Below, piece after piece: positions 59,925-64,000 of a stretch of 64,000 bases of DNA. The notes beneath the pieces are model-generated. The model saw only the letters and a list, made by a program, of their open reading frames with translations. It was not told the origin of the DNA and made no database searches. The number at the start of each line of letters is the position of its first letter. Within the stretch, counting starts at the first letter, position 1. This DNA comes from Mobula hypostoma (taxonomy: Eukaryota), in assembly GCF_963921235.1 (NCBI RefSeq), contig NC_086097.1, positions 42,100,001 through 42,164,000 of the forward strand. The letters run 5' to 3'. A program made the translations under genes and the position numbers.

Positions 59925-60940
59925 AGTTGTGACTAATGGTGTGCCTCAGGGATCTGTGCTGGAACCATTGTTGTTGTTGTCTATATCAATGATCTAGATG
60001 ATAATGTGGTAAATTGGATCAGCAAGTTTGCTGATGACACTAAGATTGGAGGCGTTGTGGACAGCAAGGAAGGCTTTCAAAGCTTGCAGAGGGATCTGGA
60101 CCAACTGGAAAAATGGGCCAGAAAATGGCAGATGGAATTTAATGCAGACAAGTGTGAGGTGTTGCATTCTGGAAGGACAAATCAAGATAGGACTTACACA
60201 GTAAATGGTAGGGCACTGAGGAGTGCAAAGGAACAAAGGGATCTGGGAGATCAGACACATAATTCCCTGAAAGTGGCGTCACGGGTAGACAGGGTTGTAA
60301 AGAAGGCTTTTGGCATTCTGGCATTCATAAATCAAAGTACTGAGTATAGGAGTTAGGATGTTATGGTGAGACTGTATAAGACATTGGTGAGGCCAAATTT
60401 GGAGTACTGTGTGCAGTTCTGGTCACCTAACTATAGGAAGGATATCAGTAAGATTGAAAGAGCGCAGAGAAGATTTACTAGGATGTTGCTGGGTCTTCAG
60501 GAGTTGAGTTACAGGGAAAAATTGAACAGGTTATGACTTTATTCCTTGGAGCGTAGAAGAATGAGGGGGGATTTGATAGAGGTTTACAAAATTATAAGGG
60601 GTATAGACAGAGTAAATGCGAGTAGGCTCTTTCCACTTAGATTAGGAGAGATAAGTATGAGAGGACATGGCTTTAGGGTGAAAGAGGAAAGGTTTGGGGG
60701 AACATTAGGGGGAATTTCTTCACTCAGAGAGTGGTGGGAGTGTGGAATGAGCTGCCATCTGATGTGGCAAATGCGGACACTCTTAAGTTTTAAGAATAAA
60801 TTAGATAGATACATGGATGGGAGAGATCTGGAGGGTTATGGACTGGGTGCAGGTCAATGGGACTAGCAGAATAAAGTTTTGGCACAGACTAGAAGGGCTG
60901 AATGGCCTGTTTTCTGTGCTGTAGTGTTCTATGGTTCTAG
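59925..60940 (+). mobile_element. CR1 3' fragment
   Basis: GVPQGSVL, KFADDTK, KWQMEFN, RGDLIEVYKI; TTCTATGGTTCTA tail. Confidence 0.9.
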
Positions 60941-61137
60941 GAAGGTGGAAGGCTGAAATTATGTGGAAGTCAGAGAATGGTGTTCTTATAAAACAGAAGA
61001 GACAATTGTCAGTATAAAGAGTGTGTGAGTTCAGTAAGTAAGTGTTACCTTTAACTTTATATAATGTAAGTGTAGCACACCTGAATGAGAGCAGGATAAT
61101 AGCCCTGTTAAATATCTTTGGATAAAGAGGAGAGAGA

Positions 61138-61959
61138 CGCTGGCTACTAAGAATTACAAGCTACAAATCAGTGAATTGGAATGAGTCAAGCACAAGAGAA
61201 GTAAACGAACCAATTGTCTTTTTTTTGCCAAAGATTGAAGGAAATGGAGGCTTCTATTTTGTGAAGCAGCTCTGTAGCCTCCATTTTGTGAGCTGTCTTG
61301 GGAACTGATTTTGCTCAGGATTAGCTTTAAAGTGGGTACAAAGATGCTCCTCATAATCTGCTGAACTAGAGATAATTTCTGAATAAGAAGTTGTTTATTT
61401 ATGAAGTGTTTTTTCATATGATAGAACATGCAGATTTATGACTAGTTGAATCTACGTCTGGCCTGAGTAACTTGAGCCTAATAACTGGCAGGTCTGCTCT
61501 GATTTAGAACAAAGAGTCATTAACTACAAGTTGTTACTTAAGAGAAGGGCAATAAATTAATGCTGGCTTGGACCAGAACCAATGGGAGGCTGACACACGC
61601 TAGCCAGATAGGCCAGAGCCAACGAGATTGAAACACAACATTTGAGCTAATAAGGAGCGTATAAAAGTGAGAGCAGTGAGACTCTGGAGACCAGCCATCT
61701 CGGATGCAGATGGTTCCACGTCGGACACATGGAGATCACATCAGGACCACAAGGAATGCCTGGCCAGCATAAACTCATTTTCCTGGGCATTTTCTAATCC
61801 TTGACCATTTACAGATGATCAGGGAAAACTAGTATTTGTGCACACAGTTAGTCCATTTGTGAATTCACATCCTAGTTAGTTGAGACAATAAAGGTACTTG
61901 TCAGTAAATATAGATTCTTTCTGTGCCTAACTGATCATTAGGGGTTAATCCTTGAGACA
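61138..61959 (+). repeat. 3' LTR
   Basis: Colinear with 54701-55000 plus 58032-58529; ends in ACA. Confidence 0.85.
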
Positions 61960-63169
61960 TAACTTCTCCAGGAGTTAGTAGTTTTTGTCCAGTCAAAAGC
62001 AAGTTTTCTGATCCTCACCATTCCAGTTAATAATCTATCTCAGTAAGGAAATTCACCCACCATTTGTCTCTGACTTCCCTCTTCCTTCTTCCTTTCTATA
62101 TGCCCAAGTAGCCACAAAAGATAAAACATTTACCTTGAGATCCAGATCTGTAAAAAGGAACAATGGGTTATCTTCTGCACCATTAACCTTGCACACCTAC
62201 TCAAGCATTAATGGGAAGAGTGCTCTGCAGCAGTTAAAATTGTATGATATTTCGGTAAAAAATCCCACAAGTTCTATCTCTACAAATTCTCCAAATTCTC
62301 CCCTGTTTTGGCAAGGTCATCATCCACACATAGTCCTTAGTTTAATAAAGATCCAACAATTAAGTTACTCCTGCTGTTCAAACTGGCAGGATATCCAGGA
62401 AAACCATACTTCCAAGATTCTCCAGTTGCTCAAGAATTTTCTGGCTACCCAGGACCTTCCATGTGTTTCCATAAATATTGGAGCATAGTAAGTAAGTACT
62501 TGGCCAAATACCTGCTGCTGATCAGAGGGTTTAAAGTATGAAAATGTGACTGGTGCATAATGGCTGTCTAATGCTGTGTGATTACCATACTTACCAACAT
62601 TTCAAACCATGTTGCCAGCAAGATTCGTTTCAAATTCCAGGCAAGATATGGGGAAGTTAACAAAAATATCACACATTTAAATTGCAGAATACATTTTAAA
62701 TATGTGTGCACACAAGCTCAGTTGCAATTGAGGCTAAAATGATTTCTATGATTTCATGTTATAGCCTATCATAGCTTGCATTCTCTTTGGCAATGGTTGA
62801 ACTTGAGATGGTAGATGTGCAGGCTAGAGTTCAGCGCTAGCGCACAGGAGACCAACCTGAAGACAACGGGGGAGAAAATGGAAACTTGGGACATGATTAT
62901 GACCACCACCTCTTGACTCAGATTTTGATATTAGTTGCAAAAGATGGACAAGTCAAAAGCGGTTATAGAAAAAAAAACACATTCTTTTGGTTTTGCTACT
63001 ACTAGATTGAATAGAATATTTGATAATCCAAATTCTTGTGTGAGACCAACAACTGGTGAGTCCAACTTTACTCTCCTGATGTCATCATCTTAAAAAGAGA
63101 ACAAATATATTATACCTCAAACTCCAAAATCCAAGATTTCAAATGAAAGTGTAGTTTAATTACTTCTAA

Positions 63170-64000
63170 TGTAATGGTTCCAGGATCAGGGACATCTCAG
63201 TACAGGTCCATGACACTCTAAAAGGGAAGAGGGGTGAGCAGCCAGAAGTCTTGGTACATATTGGCACCAATGACATAGGCAGGAAAAGCAAGGAGGTCCT
63301 GAAGAGAGAATTTAGGAAGCTAAGTAGAAAGCCGAAAAGCAAGACCTCCAGGGAAGCAACCTCCTTATTGCTGACCGTGTCACGCGCCACTGGGGGTAAG
63401 AATAGGATGATTTGTCAGACGAATGCATGGCTGAGAAACTGGTGCGGGGGCAGAGTTTCAATTATCTGGAACATTGGGATCTCTTCTGGGGAAGGAATGA
63501 CCTGCACAAAAGAGATGGGCTACACCTGAACCCAAGGAGGACCAATATCCTTGCAGGCAGGTTTGCTAGAGCTGTTGGGGAAGGTTTAAAATAATTTGGA
63601 AGGAGGATGGGATGGAGAATATAATTTCATAGAGTGATAGGGCTGAGGATAGGGCTATTGATTTACAAGCAAAGGCAGCATGCAGTGAGACTGTAATGAA
63701 TGATAGGCAGATGATAGGGCAAAACTACCGTCAGTGGGATGAGTTAAAGCATGAAAGGGAGACAAAATTGAAAATGGTAACAGATACAGGACTGAAAGTG
63801 TTATATTTGAATGCACGCAGTAAATGCAATAAGGTAGATGATCTTGTAGCAGTTAGAGATTGGCAAGTATAACGCTGTGGGCATTTCTGAGTTGTGGCTG
63901 AAAGAAGAGTATATTTGGGAGTTTAACATCCAAGGACACATATTGTATGGAAAGGACAGTCAGGTAGGCAGAAAGGGAGATGTGGCTCTGTTGGTAAAAA
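63170..64000 (+). mobile_element. CR1 LINE: ORF1 esterase end and ORF2 APE start; runs off the window end
   Basis: VHIGTNDIG, HWDLFWGR..DGLHLN, YLNARSK, ISELWL. Confidence 0.88.

Larger units (their letters stand above)
54701..61959 (+). mobile_element. Pol-less LTR element with about 800-bp LTRs (retrovirus-like or Gypsy, unresolved), with Penelope, L2 and CR1 insertions
   Basis: 5' LTR = 54701-55000 + 58032-58529; 3' LTR = 61138-61959, preceded by purine tract AAAGAGGAGAGAGA; TGGTATCC PBS-like motif at 58534; coiled-coil gag-like remnant about 58640-59210. Confidence 0.82.

Overview
Eukaryotic, almost entirely repeat-derived DNA. The repeat families (HE1-like V-SINE, abundant CR1, Rex1/Babar, Neptune-type Penelope) suggest a cartilaginous fish, probably a ray; this is an inference. 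No intact host gene was recognised, and nearly all ORFs in the track are transposon fragments or antisense shadows. The window is a set of nested insertions: CR1, Rex1, RTE and L2 LINEs; three two-LTR elements, older Gypsy remnants and a solo LTR; Harbinger, Tigger/pogo and Tc1 DNA transposons; and at least eight Penelope-derived pieces. Two observations stand out. (1) A Gypsy LTR element (7790-17200) has most of its pol replaced by an intronless, same-strand fragment of the host splicing-factor mRNA RBM25 (about 10560-11205), consistent with LTR-mediated gene capture. (2) A Penelope system comprises a near-complete RT+GIY-YIG element plus 145-250 bp non-coding mini-elements built from inverted, hammerhead-ribozyme-bearing termini, most flanked by 10-14 bp target-site duplications (TSDs). 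Boundaries without a TSD or terminal repeat are approximate, and family names come from motif recognition, not database searches.
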